Assembly (NCBI GenBank): GCA_004431415.1
Contig: QPMI01000666.1
Coordinates: 1 to 64,000 of the forward strand
Length of the DNA: 64,000 bases
Source: Cyanophora paradoxa CCMP329
Taxonomy: Eukaryota; Plantae; Glaucophyta
Reading direction: 5' to 3'
Below are positions 1-14,069 of this stretch, piece by piece (within the stretch, counting starts at the first letter, position 1; each line of letters begins with the position of its first letter). Made by a program: the position numbers and the translations under genes. The notes under the pieces were generated by a model. It had not been told where the DNA came from and did no database searches. It was given only the letters and a program-made list of their open reading frames with translations.

Positions 1-17
1 TAACCCTAACCCTAACC

Positions 18-58
<41 letters not shown>

Positions 59-3000
59 CCCTAACCCTAACCCTAACCCTAACCCTAACCCTAACCCTAA
101 CCCTAACCCTAACCCTAACCCTAACCCTAACCCTAACCCTAACCCTAACCCTAACCCTAACCCTAACCCTAACCCTAACCCTAACCCTAACCCTAACCCT
201 AACCCTAACCCTAACCCTAACCCTAACCCTAACCCTAACCCTAACCCTAACCCTAACCCTAACCCTAACCCTAACCCTAACCCTAACCCTAACCCTAACC
301 CTAACCCTAACCCTAACCCTAACCCTAACCCTAACCCTAACCCTAACCCTAACCCTAACCCTAACCCTAACCCTAACCCTAACCCTAACCCTAACCCTAA
401 CCCTAACCCTAACCCTAACCCTAACCCTAACCCTAACCCTAACCCTAACCCTAACCCTAACCCTAACCCTAACCCTAACCCTAACCCTAACCCTAACCCT
501 AACCCTAACCCTAACCCTAACCCTAACCCTAACCCTAACCCTAACCCTAACCCTAACCCTAACCCTAACCCTAACCCTAACCCTAACCCTAACCCTAACC
601 CTAACCCTAACCCTAACCCTAACCCTAACCCTAACCCTAACCCTAACCCTAACCCTAACCCTAACCCTAACCCTAACCCTAACCCTAACCCTAACCCTAA
701 CCCTAACCCTAACCCTAACCCTAACCCTAACCCTAACCCTAACCCTAACCCTAACCCTAACCCTAACCCTAACCCTAACCCTAACCCTAACCCTAACCCT
801 AACCCTAACCCTAACCCTAACCCTAACCCTAACCCTAACCCTAACCCTAACCCTAACCCTAACCCTAACCCTAACCCTAACCCTAACCAACCCTAACCCT
901 AACCCTAACCCTAACCCTAACCTAACCCTAACCCTAACCCTAACCCTAACCCTAACCCTAACCCTAACCCTAACCCTAACCCTAACCCTAACCCTAACCC
1001 TAACCCTAACCCTAACCCTAACCCTAACCCTAACCCTAACCCTAACCCTAACCCTAACCCTAACCCTAACCTAACCCTAACCCTAACCCTAACCCTAACC
1101 CTAACCCTAACCCTAACCCTAACCCTAACCCTAACCCTAACCCTAACCCTAACCCTAACCCTAACCCTAACCCTAACCCTAACCCTAACCCTAACCCTAA
1201 CCCTAACCCTAACCCTAACCCTAACCCTAACCTAACCCTAACCCTAACCCTAACCCTAACCCTAACCCTAACCCTAACCCTAACCCTAACCCTAACCCTA
1301 ACCCTAACCCTAACCCTAACCCTAACCCTAACCCTAACCCTAACCCTAACCCTAACCCTAACCCTAACCTAACCCTAACCCTAACCCTAACCCTAACCCT
1401 AACCCTAACCCTAACCCTAACCCTAACCCTAACCCTAACCCTAACCCTAACCCTAACCCTAACCCTAACCCTAACCCTAACCCTAACCCTAACCCTAACC
1501 CTAACCCTAACCCTAACCCTAACCCTAACCCTAACCCTAACCCTAACCCTAACCCTAACCCTAACCCTAACCCTAACCCTAACCCTAACCCTAACCCTAA
1601 CCCTAACCCTAACCCTAACCCTAACCCTAACCCTAACCCTAACCCTAACCCTAACCCTAACCCTAACCCTAACCCTAACCCTAACCCTAACCCTAACCCT
1701 AACCCTAACCCTAACCCTAACCCTAACCCTAACCCTAACCCTAACCCTAACCCTAACCCTAACCCTAACCCTAACCCTAACCCTAACCCTAACCCTAACC
1801 CTAACCCTAACCTAACCCTAACCCTAACCCTAACCCTAACCCTAACCCTAACCCTAACCCTAACCCTAACCCTAACCCTAACCCTAACCCTAACCCTAAC
1901 CCTAACCCTAACCCTAACCCTAACCCTAACCCTAACCCTAACCCTAACCCTAACCCTAACCCTAACCCTAACCCTAACCCTAACCCTAACCCTAACCCTA
2001 ACCCTAACCCTAACCCTAACCCTAACCCTAACCCTAACCCTAACCCTAACCCTAACCCTAACCCTAACCCTAACCCTAACCCTAACCCTAACCCTAACCC
2101 TAACCCTAACCCTAACCCTAACCCTAACCCTAACCCTAACCCTAACCCTAACCCTAACCCTAACCCTAACCCTAACCCTAACCCTAACCCTAACCCTAAC
2201 CCTAACCCTAACCCTAACCCTAACCCTAACCCTAACCCTAACCCTAACCCTAACCCTAACCCTAACCCTAACCCTAACCCTAACCCTAACCCTAACCCTA
2301 ACCCTAACCCTAACCCTAACCCTAACCCTAACCCTAACCCTAACCCTAACCCTAACCCTAACCCTAACCCTAACCCTAACCCTAACCCTAACCCTAACCT
2401 AACCCTAACCCTAACCCTAACCCTAACCCTAACCCTAACCCTAACCCTAACCCTAACCCTAACCCTAACCCTAACCCTAACCCTAACCCTAACCCTAACC
2501 CTAACCCTAACCCTAACCCTAACCCTAACCCTAACCCTAACCCTAACCCTAACCCTAACCCTAACCCTAACCCTAACCCTAACCCTAACCCTAACCCTAA
2601 CCCTAACCCTAACCCTAACCCTAACCCTAACCCTAACCCTAACCCTAACCCTAACCCTAACCCTAACCCTAACCCTAACCCTAACCCTAACCCTAACCCT
2701 AACCCTAACCCTAACCCTAACCCTAACCCTAACCCTAACCCTAACCCTAACCCTAACCCTAACCCTAACCCTAACCCTAACCCTAACCCTAACCCTAACC
2801 CTAACCCTAACCCTAACCCTAACCCTAACCCTAACCCTAACCCTAACCCTAACCCTAACCCTAACCCTAACCCTAACCCTAACCCTAACCCTAACCCTAA
2901 CCCTAACCCTAACCCTAACCCTAACCCTAACCCTAACCCTAACCCTAACCCTAACCCTAACCCTAACCCTAACCCTAACCCTAACCCTAACCCTAACCCT

Positions 3001-3116
3001 AACCCTAACCCTAACCCTAACACCCTAACCCTAACCCTAACCTAACCCTAACCTAACCCTAACCCTAACCTAACCCTAACCCTAACCTAACCCTAACCCT
3101 AACCCTAACCCTAACC

Positions 3117-3157
<41 letters not shown>

Positions 3158-3723
3158 CCCTAACCCTACCTACCTAACCCTAACCCTAACCCTAACCCTA
3201 ACCCTAACCTACCCTAACCCTAACCCTAACCCTAACCCTAACCCTAACCCTAACAACCTAACCCTAACCCTAACCCTAACCTAACCCTAACCCTAACCCT
3301 AACCCTAACCCTAACCCTAAACCTAACCCTAACCCTAACCCTAACCCTAACCCTAACCCTAACCCTAACCCTAACCCTAACCCTAACCCTAACCCTAACC
3401 CTAACCCTAACCCTAACCCTAACCCTAACCCTAACCTAACCCTAACCCTAACCCTAACCCTAACCCTAACCCTAACCCTAACCCTAACCCTAACCCTAAC
3501 CTAACCCTAACCCTAACCCTAACCCTAACCCTAACCCTAACCTAACCCTAACCCTAACCTAACCCTAACCCTAACCCTAACCCTAACCCTAACCCTAACC
3601 CTAACCCTAACCCTAACCCTAACCCTAACCCTAACCTAACCTAACCCTAACCCTAACCCTAACCCTAACCCTAACCCTAACCCTAACCCTAACCCTAACC
3701 CTAACCCTAACCCTAACCTAACC

Positions 3724-3764
<41 letters not shown>

Positions 3765-3897
3765 CCCTAACCCTAACCTAACCCTAACCCTAACCCTAAC
3801 CCTAACCCTAACCCTAACCCTAACCCTAACCCTAACCCTAACCCTAACCCTACCCCTAACCCTAACCCTAACCCTAACCCTAACCCTAACCCTAACC

Positions 3898-3938
<41 letters not shown>

Positions 3939-4042
3939 CCCTAACCCTAACCCTAACCCTAACCCTAACCCTAACCCTAACCCTAACCCTAACCCTAACC
4001 CTAACCCTAACCCTAACCCTAACCCTAACCCTAACCCTAACC

Positions 4043-4083
<41 letters not shown>

Positions 4084-4085
4084 CC

Positions 4086-4120
<35 letters not shown>

Positions 4121-4247
4121 ACCCTAACCTAACCCTAACCCTAACCCTAACCCTAACCCTAACCCTAACCCTAACCCTAACCCTAACCCTAACCCTAACC
4201 CTAACCTAACCCTAACCCTAACCCTAACCCTAACCCTAACCCTAACC

Positions 4248-4288
<41 letters not shown>

Positions 4289-5597
4289 CCCTAACCTAAC
4301 CCTAACCCTAACCCTAACCCTAACCCTAACCCTAACCCTAACCCTAACCCTAACCCTAACCCTAACCCTAACCTAACCCTAACCCTAACCCTAACCCTAA
4401 CCCTAACCCTAACCCTAACCCTAACCCTAACCCTAACCCTAACCCTAACCCTAACCCTAACCCTAACACCCTAACCCTAACCCTAACCTAACCCTAACCC
4501 TAACCCTAACCCTAACCCTAACCCTAACCCTAACCCTAACCCTAACCCTAACCCTAACCCTAACCCTAACCCTAACCTAACCCTAACCCTAACCCTAACC
4601 CTAACCCTAACCCTAACCCTAACCCTAACCTAACCCTAACCCTAACCCTAACCCTAACCCTAACCCTAACCCTAACCCTAACCCTAACCCTAACCCTAAC
4701 CCTAACCCTAACCCTAACCCTAACCCTAACCCTAACCCTAACCCTAACCCTAACCCTAACCCTAACCCTAACCCTAACCCTAACCCTAACCCTAACCCTA
4801 ACCCTAACCCTAACCCTAACCCTAACCCTAACCCTAACCCTAACCCTAACCCTAACCCTAACCCTAAACCTAACCCTAACCCTAACCCTAACCCTAACCC
4901 TAACCCTAACCCTACACCTAACCCTAACCCTAACCCTAACCCTAACCCTAACCCTAACCCTAACCCTAACCCTAACCCTAACCCTAACCCTAACCCTAAC
5001 CCTAACCCTAACCCTAACCCTAACCCTAACCCTAACCTAACCCTAACCCTAACCCTAACCCTAACCCTAACCCTAACCCTAACCCTAACCCTAACCCTAA
5101 CCCTAACCCTAACCCTAACCCTAACCCTAACCCTAACCCTAACCCTAACCCTAACCCTAACCCTAACCCTAACCCTAACCCTAACCCTAACCCTAACCCT
5201 AACCCTAACCCTAACCTAACCCTAACCCTAACCCTAACCCTAACCCTAACCCTAACCCTAACCCTAACCCTAACCCTAACCCTAACCCTAACCTAACCCT
5301 AACCCTAACCCTAACCCTAACCCTAACCCTAACCCTAACCCTAACCCTAACCCTAACCCTAACCCTAACCCTAACCCTAACCCTAACCCTAACCCTAACC
5401 CTAACCCTAACCCTAACCCTAACCCTAACCCTAACCCTAACCCTAACCCTAACCCTAACCCTAACCCTAACCCTAACCCTAACCCTAACCCTAAACCTAA
5501 CCCTAACCCTAACCTAACCCTAACCCTAACCCTAACCCTAACCCTAACCCTAACCCTAACCCTAACCCTAACCCTAACCCTAACCCTAACCCTAACC

Positions 5598-5638
<41 letters not shown>

Positions 5639-6700
5639 CCCTAACCCTAACCCTAACCCTAACCCTAACCCTAACCTAACCCTAACCCTAACCCTAACCC
5701 TAACCCTACCCCTAACCCTAACCCTAACCCTAACCCTAACCCTAACCCTAACCCTAACCTAACCCTAACCCTAACCCTAACCCTAACCCTAACCCTAACC
5801 CTAACCCTAACCCTAACCCTAACCCTAACCCTAACCCTAACCCTAACCTACCTAACCCTAACCCTAACCCTAACCTAACCCTAACCAACCCTAACCCTAA
5901 CCCTAACCCTAACCCTAACCCTAACCCTAACCCTAACCTAACCCTAACCCTAACCCTAACCCTAACCTAACCCTAACCCTAACCTAACCCTAACCCTAAC
6001 CCTAACCTAACCCTAACCTAACCCTAACCCTAACCCTAACCCTAACCCTAACCCTAACCCTAACCCTAACCCTAACCCTAACCTAACCCTAACCCTAACC
6101 CTAACCCTAACCCTAACCCTAACCCTAACCCTAACCCTAACCCTAACCCTAACCCTAACCCTAACCCTAACCTAACCCTAACCCTAACCCTAACCCTAAC
6201 CCTAACACCTAACCCTAACCCTAACCTAACCCTAACCCTAACCCTAACCCTACCCTAACCCTAACCCTAACCTAACCCTAACCCTAACCCTAACCCTAAC
6301 CCTACCCTAACCCTAACCCTAACCTAACCCTAACCCTAACCCTAACCCTACCTAACCCTACCCTAACCTAACCCTAACCCTAACCCTACCCTAACCCTAC
6401 CCTAACCCTAACCCTACCTAACCCTACCAACCCTAACCCTAACCCTACCCTAACCCTAACCCTAACCCTAACCCTAACCCTAACCCTAACCACCTAACCC
6501 TAAACCCTAACCCTAAACCCTACCCTAAACCCTAACCCTAACCCTACCCTAACCCTAACCCTAACCCTAACCCTAACCCTAACCCTAACCCTAACCCTAC
6601 CCCTACCCCTAACCCTAACCCTAACCCTAACCCTAACCCTAACCCTACCCCTACCCCTAACCCTAACCCTAACCCTACCCCTAACCCTAACTCTAACCCT
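1..6700 (+). repeat. Telomere (CCCTAA)n = TTAGGG on the minus strand; chromosome left end
   Basis: Continuous CCCTAA array from base 1, with CCCTAC/CCCCTA variants in the proximal ~450 bp. Confidence 0.99.
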
Positions 6701-8517
6701 TACTGGGATCAAAGTTTACCCCCACAATCTACCCCTACCTGAAACCCTGCTGTTAACCTTTAAATGTTTCTTCTGTGTCACGGCTTTTCATTTTCACAGC
6801 TCTTCATGATCATAGATATGCTCATGATCTTCAATAGCTGACTGGAAACGCCCAGAGACGCGCACCCAGTCCAGCACATCCAGATACCGCTTTATGTAGT
6901 TCTTCCTGTCACCAGTAAACGCATCGGGACCAATGTCGATTGCCACTATAACATATGTGAGCGAGTCCTGATGACAGACGGTTGACGATGCACATCATGA
7001 AACAATTCATGAAACATCCGGACCGTTGCTGGGCTGCTGCCGTGATCGGTGGGTACAACAAGCAACTCCGTCCCATTCCTAACGATAACGATTAGGGAGA
7101 AGAAGGGGGAGATAACGATTGCGATTAGGGAGACTAAGCTGAGGGAGTTCAGAATACGGTTACGATTATGCTTAAGCGCTCTTAAGGAAGGCACGGTGGA
7201 CACAGCGGCAACACGCGCGCTGAATTACGATTACGATTACGATTATCGGAGATCAATTACCGGAGCAACAAAAAAACCCAAGAAGCCGATTCGCCAGCAA
7301 CACTGTGGGCCTCAGTGGTGAAGTTTGTCTTGAAGTCCTCCTGATACCTCTGTTCAGTGAGGACACACACACAAAACGAAGAGCGTGACTCACAAACGAG
7401 CCCCATGTTGCCTCCACTGCCTGCAGTGCAATGTTATGCAATATTCACACAATGTCGATAAAAAGCGCACCTTTATGAACCGGCCCGCGGACGGCCGCTT
7501 CGGTTGAAGGCCCAGACTCGAAAAATATACCTCGTGGCTAAAACTAGGCGCAAAAAAATAAAAAAATATACCCAGACTCGTGGCGCAAAGCACGTGTCAC
7601 GATATCAAATGCAAGCACACACACCACTCTGACGCCAGTGCAGACACCCTCGGTCGAATCGCCGGCGGCACGTCTGGTAACGTGCGAAGTAGTGCCAAGA
7701 GGCTTCGCTTTGCCAGCCTTGGGAGCGCGCCCAAAGTACCCGTGAGCTCCGTCGCTAGTAACTGCTCAATATCAATATTAGTAACGTTGTGCGTATTGCT
7801 TTTTACGTCTTGCGTTTGCGTTGATGCGCTCGCACCTGGGCTTTCTCGAAGTGCTCGACACGCCCGCCCAGCTCCACAAGTTTCGCTGCGGCTCCGTTCT
7901 CTACGTGCGCCGCTTAGACAGGCAGAGAGCGCGACGCAGCGCGCGCGCCAAGCACCTAAAGGCGCAAGTTGCACTGCCGCCACGGTTTGCAGGGCGAGCA
8001 GCGCGCACAAAACGGCGGCGCCAAGGCGCGCGCTCGCCGCCATTTTCTTTGCTCGTTCGTTTGTAAATGCTCAAATGTGATCCACCACCGTAACTTCGAG
8101 TATGTGGCAGCTAGTCCTATGCTGCCAGCGGACTAGCCTGACTCCCGGCGGACTAGCCTGCTTAAGCGCTTGCAATTGCTTGCGTAAGTTGCAATCGCGA
8201 GCTTCAGTTCGAAGTGAGTTGCACTTGCGCGCGCTCAGCTGGCGCGAGGGTGAATTTTCGGTGCTAGCTGTTCTCGCTCCCGTTTCGGCGCAGCCGTTCG
8301 CTCGATCCTTGTATTCAATTAATTATAATTATAATTCGCGACCGCGGGCGCCGCGCCGGCAGGCAGCTAGCGCTCGAGCTCCAGTCCGGGCAATGCGCAT
8401 GCAATGCTATGCATAGCTAGCTGGGGCCGGATACGCCTGTTCAGCTTGTAGCTAGACCACACCTAGCGTGCGAAGTTGCACTCTTCTTCCCAACAGTTGT
8501 AGCTAAGAAAGAGCAAT

Positions 8518-11500
8518 CTACTCTTGCAAAGGATCAGGGTTGTCTCCTGGCTTCTCCTTCCCCTTCGCCTTCTCCCGTGCTTTCTCGGTGGCTGCCTTAG
8601 CACGCTTCTCAGCCTCCTCTTTCGCCCCTGCGGCCGCACGGATTGTTAGAAAGCGGTTTTCCAACATGGAATGGATTCGGACTTTGCATCTGCTCTTCTT
8701 TTAGAAGCCTTAGTCTTTCTTCACGTTTCTTGTTCTTGTCCTCGGCCCCATCATCTGATGCTGCTTCTGCCTTGGCCTCGGTGGGTTTGGCAGCAGCTGG
8801 CTTTGACTCCGATGCTGCTTCAGCCTTGGTCTCGGCGGGCTTGGGAGAAGCTGGCTTTGAATCTGCTATTGCTGTCTCAGCAGACTTGGCAGCAACTGGC
8901 TTTGACTCCGATGCTGCTTCTGCCTTGGTCTCGGTGGGCTTGAGAATAGCTGGCTTTGAATCTGCTATTACTGTCTCAGCAGGCTTGGGACCAGCTGGCT
9001 TTGAATCTGCTGCTTCTGCCTTCTTTGAGTCTGCTACTGCTGCTGCTATTGTTGTTGCTGCTGCTGCTCCTGCTAATGCAGAGCTCTCTTGGGGGTCACC
9101 GGCTGATGCTGGTTTCGCCTCAGGCACTTTAACGCCTGGCTTGTCCGGCTTCGTCAGAGGGGGCAGTGTTGGCAGAGAGGTGCCGCTGGCAAGTGTGGCA
9201 GCTGCTTCCTTCGATGGGGTGGGAGGCGCAGGAGGCTGGTTTTTCCGTTCTTCGAAGTCGCCTGCAGGAGAAGGGGTAGCCACAACAATTTGCGAAGGTG
9301 TGAGTGCTGCAATTTCTCCAGAAATCGACTTGTAACTCGTTATCAAAGCCATGATCTTCTCATTCAACTCTGCGAAAGCAGCATTACTAAAAGCAAACTC
9401 GTATTGAAGTCCAGAACCGCACCCAAAAATGTGGCCTGGAGCTTCACCTCGTCAGAAACAGTTCCATAAAAGGCCTCGAAGTCCATAATTAGACCCCGGA
9501 CATCATCATTAAGCTTGTTGGACGCCAGCACTGCTTGCTCACGCTTCTTCAAGATTACTTCGTTTGAAGTGACGAGCTGCAGGCAAATTCACGCCAAGAA
9601 CTTCACTTCGCAAGCATGGCAAAGCATTACCTCATTGATCTCTGCAACGCCCTCCTCCTCCAGCTGCTTCCGCTTCTTGAGCTCTGGGACAGCAATCAGG
9701 AGATCTTTGATAGGAGGAGAGGTTCATTCCGAACCCTCAGCACAGAATGACAGAAGGCGGCGGTGCTGAGGATCGAGTCAGCGTTGCTGAGGCAACCTCG
9801 TGGGCTCCAGCAGTATTATTAAGAACCTTATTCAGAGCCTCGTTTGATGCCCTAAGAGCCTTTTCCAAAACGCTGAGATACGCGCATGATTCCTTCTCAA
9901 TGTGCTTTTCGATGGATGCCTTCTGCTTCTCGAGAAGAGCTCCAATGTTCTCTATTTTCTGCTCCACAAAAGCGTAAAGTTGCTTGGTGAGGCGTAGATC
10001 GGATGCCGTGGCTTCTATCCCTGCGTAGCAAACGTTTATCATCCCCGTGGATGGAGTTCGAGATGGCAATAGGGCTCAAGTACCAGCGCCTAGGTCCGAC
10101 TCTTGCATGGCCAAACTGCCCAACATCTCTCCGTATGTATCAGAAAACACAGCGAAATCGTCCTTTTTAGAAGCCAAAGAAACCCGGTGAGATGACATCG
10201 CGACAAGAATCTTCCAAAGCGGACCTCAAGGCGCTTCTGCTTGGTCTTGGCTTTGCCAAGGTTGGATTCTACCTCAGCGAGTTCATCCTCGAGCTGCTTC
10301 TTCCGTGCCTGCTTGCCCAACAAGTGGTTGAGAGCAGCGGAAGCAGCATTTCGGGAGCAACGGGACCTGCAGGGACGAAATCTCGCGACTGACGTCCCCA
10401 ACATCTCTCTCATAATTGGCTCGTTTTTTGTTCTGGAAGGACACGGCCTCCTCCTGCTGAGTGATAATCTTCTTCTGCTGGTCATGCTGGTCTGTCTTCT
10501 TTTTCTCAAGCTCGGCTGTGGTCTTCGCGAACTGCTCATTGATTCTTCGCTGATGGCTCTCCGCCTCATTTTTGTGGCCGGTGCTCTTCAAACCATCCTG
10601 GCATCCTGGACAGACCATCCTTCAGCTAGAAAATGTACGACTCAGCACGATTCGCGTACCCATCAAAGCAACCCTAAGCTGCTTATGCAGATCGATCAGG
10701 GCAAGTGTGGTCCGATCCGCCTGCTCGCCCTTTGGCTCTTCCGCCGATGCAACTTTGGACTCATTCTCCAGCCGGTCCTGAAGAGTCGTGATTTTGCGGA
10801 ACTGCGCTTCGAGCCGCCAGTCCTGCTTGTACACAGCGACCAAACTGCGGGCAGCTCACGCTGGCCCAAGAAAACTGTGTTTGAAAGTTCGAGCGCACCC
10901 CATCACGGCATCGCGAAGCAGCTCGGTGCGGCACTTGCTTTCTGGGCTCTCGGCGCTTGCCTTCGCAACCGCAAGTAGCTCGTGTAGCAGTCGCTCGTGG
11001 TCCTCGGTTTCTCCAACGAGGGCGTGCTTCATGAGTTCAATTAACGGCCCCCACCACGTCGGAACCGGGGCATCCTTCCCAGTATACTGTTCCTCGTCCG
11101 GCGGGCACTCGGCGACGCCCGCGACAGTGAGCTCGACGGCGTGGCTGCGCAAAAACACCTGCCTGCGACCCGGCGTCAATCGGGCACGCAAAAGTGATGG
11201 CGCCGACGCGCCTGCGCGACGCCCAGCACGCACTTCCAGGTGAGCAGCTCGGCGGACGAGCCTTCTATCTCCGCTTTGGACGACACGTCGGCGTAGAGCC
11301 GGTTCACCACGTCCGGCGCCAGCTCGTTGCGCTGCGGGCCGGCCAAAAGCGCATTCCATAGCGCCCAGCAAGAGAGGCGGTCTGCTGAGACTGCGGCCGA
11401 GGCTTCGAGTTGCGCAGCGAGCTCGCCGGCCGTCAGGTCAGCGTTGCGTTCGTGTGCGAACGACTTTTTCGCTTCATTCGCGTACTGCTCGAGCCGCGCG

Positions 11501-11577
11501 CGGCCGGTATGAACTGCCGTGGCTATCTTCGCCGTAGCCGCGCCCGCAGTCGCCGCGATCCTGTTCTTAAGCCACAT
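8518..11577 (-). CDS. Multi-exon coiled-coil protein resembling the plant At5g13560/At2g37370 family, with an acidic/Lys-rich tandem-repeat C-terminus
   Basis: Spliced MWLKNRIAA...RLYADVSS...TWKQVFLRSHAVELTV...PPDEEQ...LIELMKHALVGETEDH...RTELLRDAVMGL resembles the plant motif VLYYD...FRDVFLxSQALE...PNEEE...REELL (from recall). GT-AG introns restore the frame. ADSKPA/KPAETKAE repeats at 8755-9020. 3' end approximate. Confidence 0.7.
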
Positions 11578-12092
11578 CCCCGCTTGTTGGGGGATGAGCT
11601 GCAAAGGGGGGGGTATACTGATAGTTGCTTATTTGGGCCATTTCTGCGCTCGATCAGCGCCTAGCAGCGCCGAGCCCCACTCGAGCCTCCGTCGTACGCA
11701 GCTAAGCTCCTTCGACGCGAATTCAGCGTGCTACTAGCTTAGACGGGCCCTTCTAGCCTACTCTTATCGCTGCCCTTAGCCCCCCCGCTACCAGCGATGC
11801 CTTGTGGGTGCGAAGGAAGTTGCGGCGGGTGCGGGAGCGTGCCCGCCACCATCCGAAAGTCGTCCGGGCCCGACTTAGGTACCTGCGAAGCGTACGTTTT
11901 CCTTGTCCTGCCTTGGACGCTGATGAGGGGCGCTGCAGAGTTTTTCTCGCCCTACATCACAGCATACTCGACCGGCGCCGGCTCACGGCACGCCTCCCGT
12001 GTCCGCCGAGGTGAGCGTGTCACGAGATTTCACGTGCTGCTTTTCGACGCACGCTCTTAGGGCCGCAAGAGCTTGAATCTTCTGGATCGAGG

Positions 12093-13530
12093 ATGACGGC
12101 GTGGACAAAACAAAACTCGATCGCCCTGGGCGAACAGCCCGCTCCGCTTGGGAACTCAGAGAGCAAGGATCGTTACAAGTGGCCAAAGAACCGCCGCAAC
12201 GACTTCGAGAGCACAATTGCATGGCGGGAGGAGACCGGGTTTTCGACTGGCAACCAGGCCACGTTGAAGCCAGCGGCACCGGAGGACGCTGCGAAAGTAA
12301 TTATAAGCGCTAAAAATGATGCCGACGGCTGGCTCCAGAGATACGTTAGTGATTCGAATGCAAGGGACACATGGAAATACTGGCAGCAAAAAGAGTAAGT
12401 CTTTCTCACAAGGCTCTCCTCTTATGTGACGCCCTCGACAGGCGTCTGGGTCCCGTGAACAGTGAGCGATCGCCCTTTATTTGAAGGCAGCGGCTGACAG
12501 TTATCGTTGTGCATGCAGCTGGATTCTCGACATCTTTAGCCCGCCAGCAATATCCATCTCACAACAAGCTGGAGGGCCAAACCACATACCACTCGGCGTT
12601 CAGGCGCCCTCGATTCGGGGGCAGCGACGACCTCCCCGTCCAGGTCAACCACCGCGAGGACACCGGTTTCTCGACTGGGAACGCATCCTGGGTTCACCCG
12701 CCTTCTCTTGGCCCCACGACCACGACGGAATACAAGGTCCGAAAAGAACAATTATTCTTCTTCGGCATATTGAAAAAACATGCAGGACCGATATGTGGAA
12801 TGTCTTGGATCTCCTTTGCCCGACGGAGTCTTTCTCGAGAGAGGCGGGGCGAATTCCGGTGCTGTCTTCTGCCAAGAGCTGCTACCGCTATGAACGCTTA
12901 TACGCCGAAATCAGCTTATACGCATCCGCTGCGGAGAGAGGTTAGGGCCACCACAGCTCCAACTGGCGTCTCTGAGGCTCGTAAATTCTTTGGATTACCT
13001 CTCGCAAGGCTGACCAGACACCTAGATGAGGGACGCCTTCCGCAAAAAATTCGCACCGGCATTCGAAAACATCCCCAAAGGGACAAGGAGGGAGCTGTCG
13101 GGCTTCTCCCTGGAAGCCCCCTCGGGGTGCCTCCCGCGTGGTGCCTGCTCCCTCCTCGAGCTGTGCATCCCTGCATGCGCATTCCCTCACACGCTCGTTG
13201 CAGGCGTCGAGACGTCAGTCCCCCTCTCTCCGGCACCCTCTCTCATCCCTCAAGGTCGATCCTCACACACTCGTGCAGGTCTGTCCTGCCACCCCGGAAA
13301 GAAGTTCTGGAGAATTGTCACCCTTCTGTCGCACGGGGTGCGGGCCGCCCGAGCTGGCAGGGACTGCACGCACACCGTCTGACTTTTTTCTACCAGTTCT
13401 ACTCAGCCGCTGCCATGACAACTTGTACATCGACCCCGATTCGGCAATGGCTCATACGGACAAGTATCGGGGGTTTGATGGAACTCCAAGCTATGCCACA
13501 TACGTCCGCACAAGGGCAGCACCAATGTAG
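12093..13530 (+). CDS. Multi-exon protein with repeated (E/D)TGFSTGN motifs; possibly a ciliary microtubule-inner-protein type
   Basis: WREETGFSTGN, AGFSTS and HREDTGFSTGN repeats; GT-AG introns (GTAAGT, GTGAGC donors); last exon ...YVRTRAAPM*. Function is inferred only. Confidence 0.55.
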
Positions 13531-13535
13531 AGATG

Positions 13536-13864
13536 TGCGTTCGGCGTAGACAGAGCTAGCTAGCTGTGTACTACGCCTGTCTGGGCTACGCATAGGAAGA
13601 CCTGACCTGAAATCGATGACCTGGTCGTCTGCGAGGCTGTCGAGGTACTCCATGACTGCCAACGACGCTTCCTTCCACGTCGTGCCTCCGTGATCCAGCG
13701 TGAGGACCGCGATGTCGCGATGTCGATCAGCCACTCCACGAGGCCCCAGCACCAAAGCAGAGATGTGCGGCACTCCACATACAAATCTATGTAACCTTAT
13801 GTTGGCCGAACATGTACGTAGTTGAATCTGCCTGAATGCGTAACGGTCGCACAGAGGGTACGCG
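13536..13864 (-). mobile_element. Short copy (copy 3) of the hairpin-ended element family
   Basis: 13536-13599 is near-identical to the termini at 25548 and 30635. Internal sequence differs. The other end (GAGGGTACGCG near 13864) is tentative. Confidence 0.6.
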
Positions 13865-14069
13865 TAACGGTCCGGTCTGTTGCGAAAGTCGACCAAAGAG
13901 CCTTGGAGCGCGCGTACAGCGTATCGGTCGCTTAGCCGAGTGTTTCAAGCCCGGCCGCGCCGCTGCCGCCGATCGACCCCCCTGAGTGACCCCTCACGCA
14001 GCCTGGTTGTACATGTAGCCTCCCAGCCTACACAGCCGAGCATGTAGAGGGCACGTCTCCCGCTGTTCG

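Noticed and set aside
880-6250. Scattered CCTAA/CCCTAAA telomere variants as a code
   Set aside because: Single-base homopolymer indels cannot be distinguished from read error.
36-6712. (VR)n and (LG)n ORFs
   Set aside because: Translations of the telomere repeat with non-ATG starts arising from repeat indels.
13536-13900. TnpB/Fanzor C-terminus overlapping an omegaRNA
   Set aside because: HRDIAVLTL lacks the RDxNAAxNI and zinc-finger motifs; kept only as something to test on longer copies.
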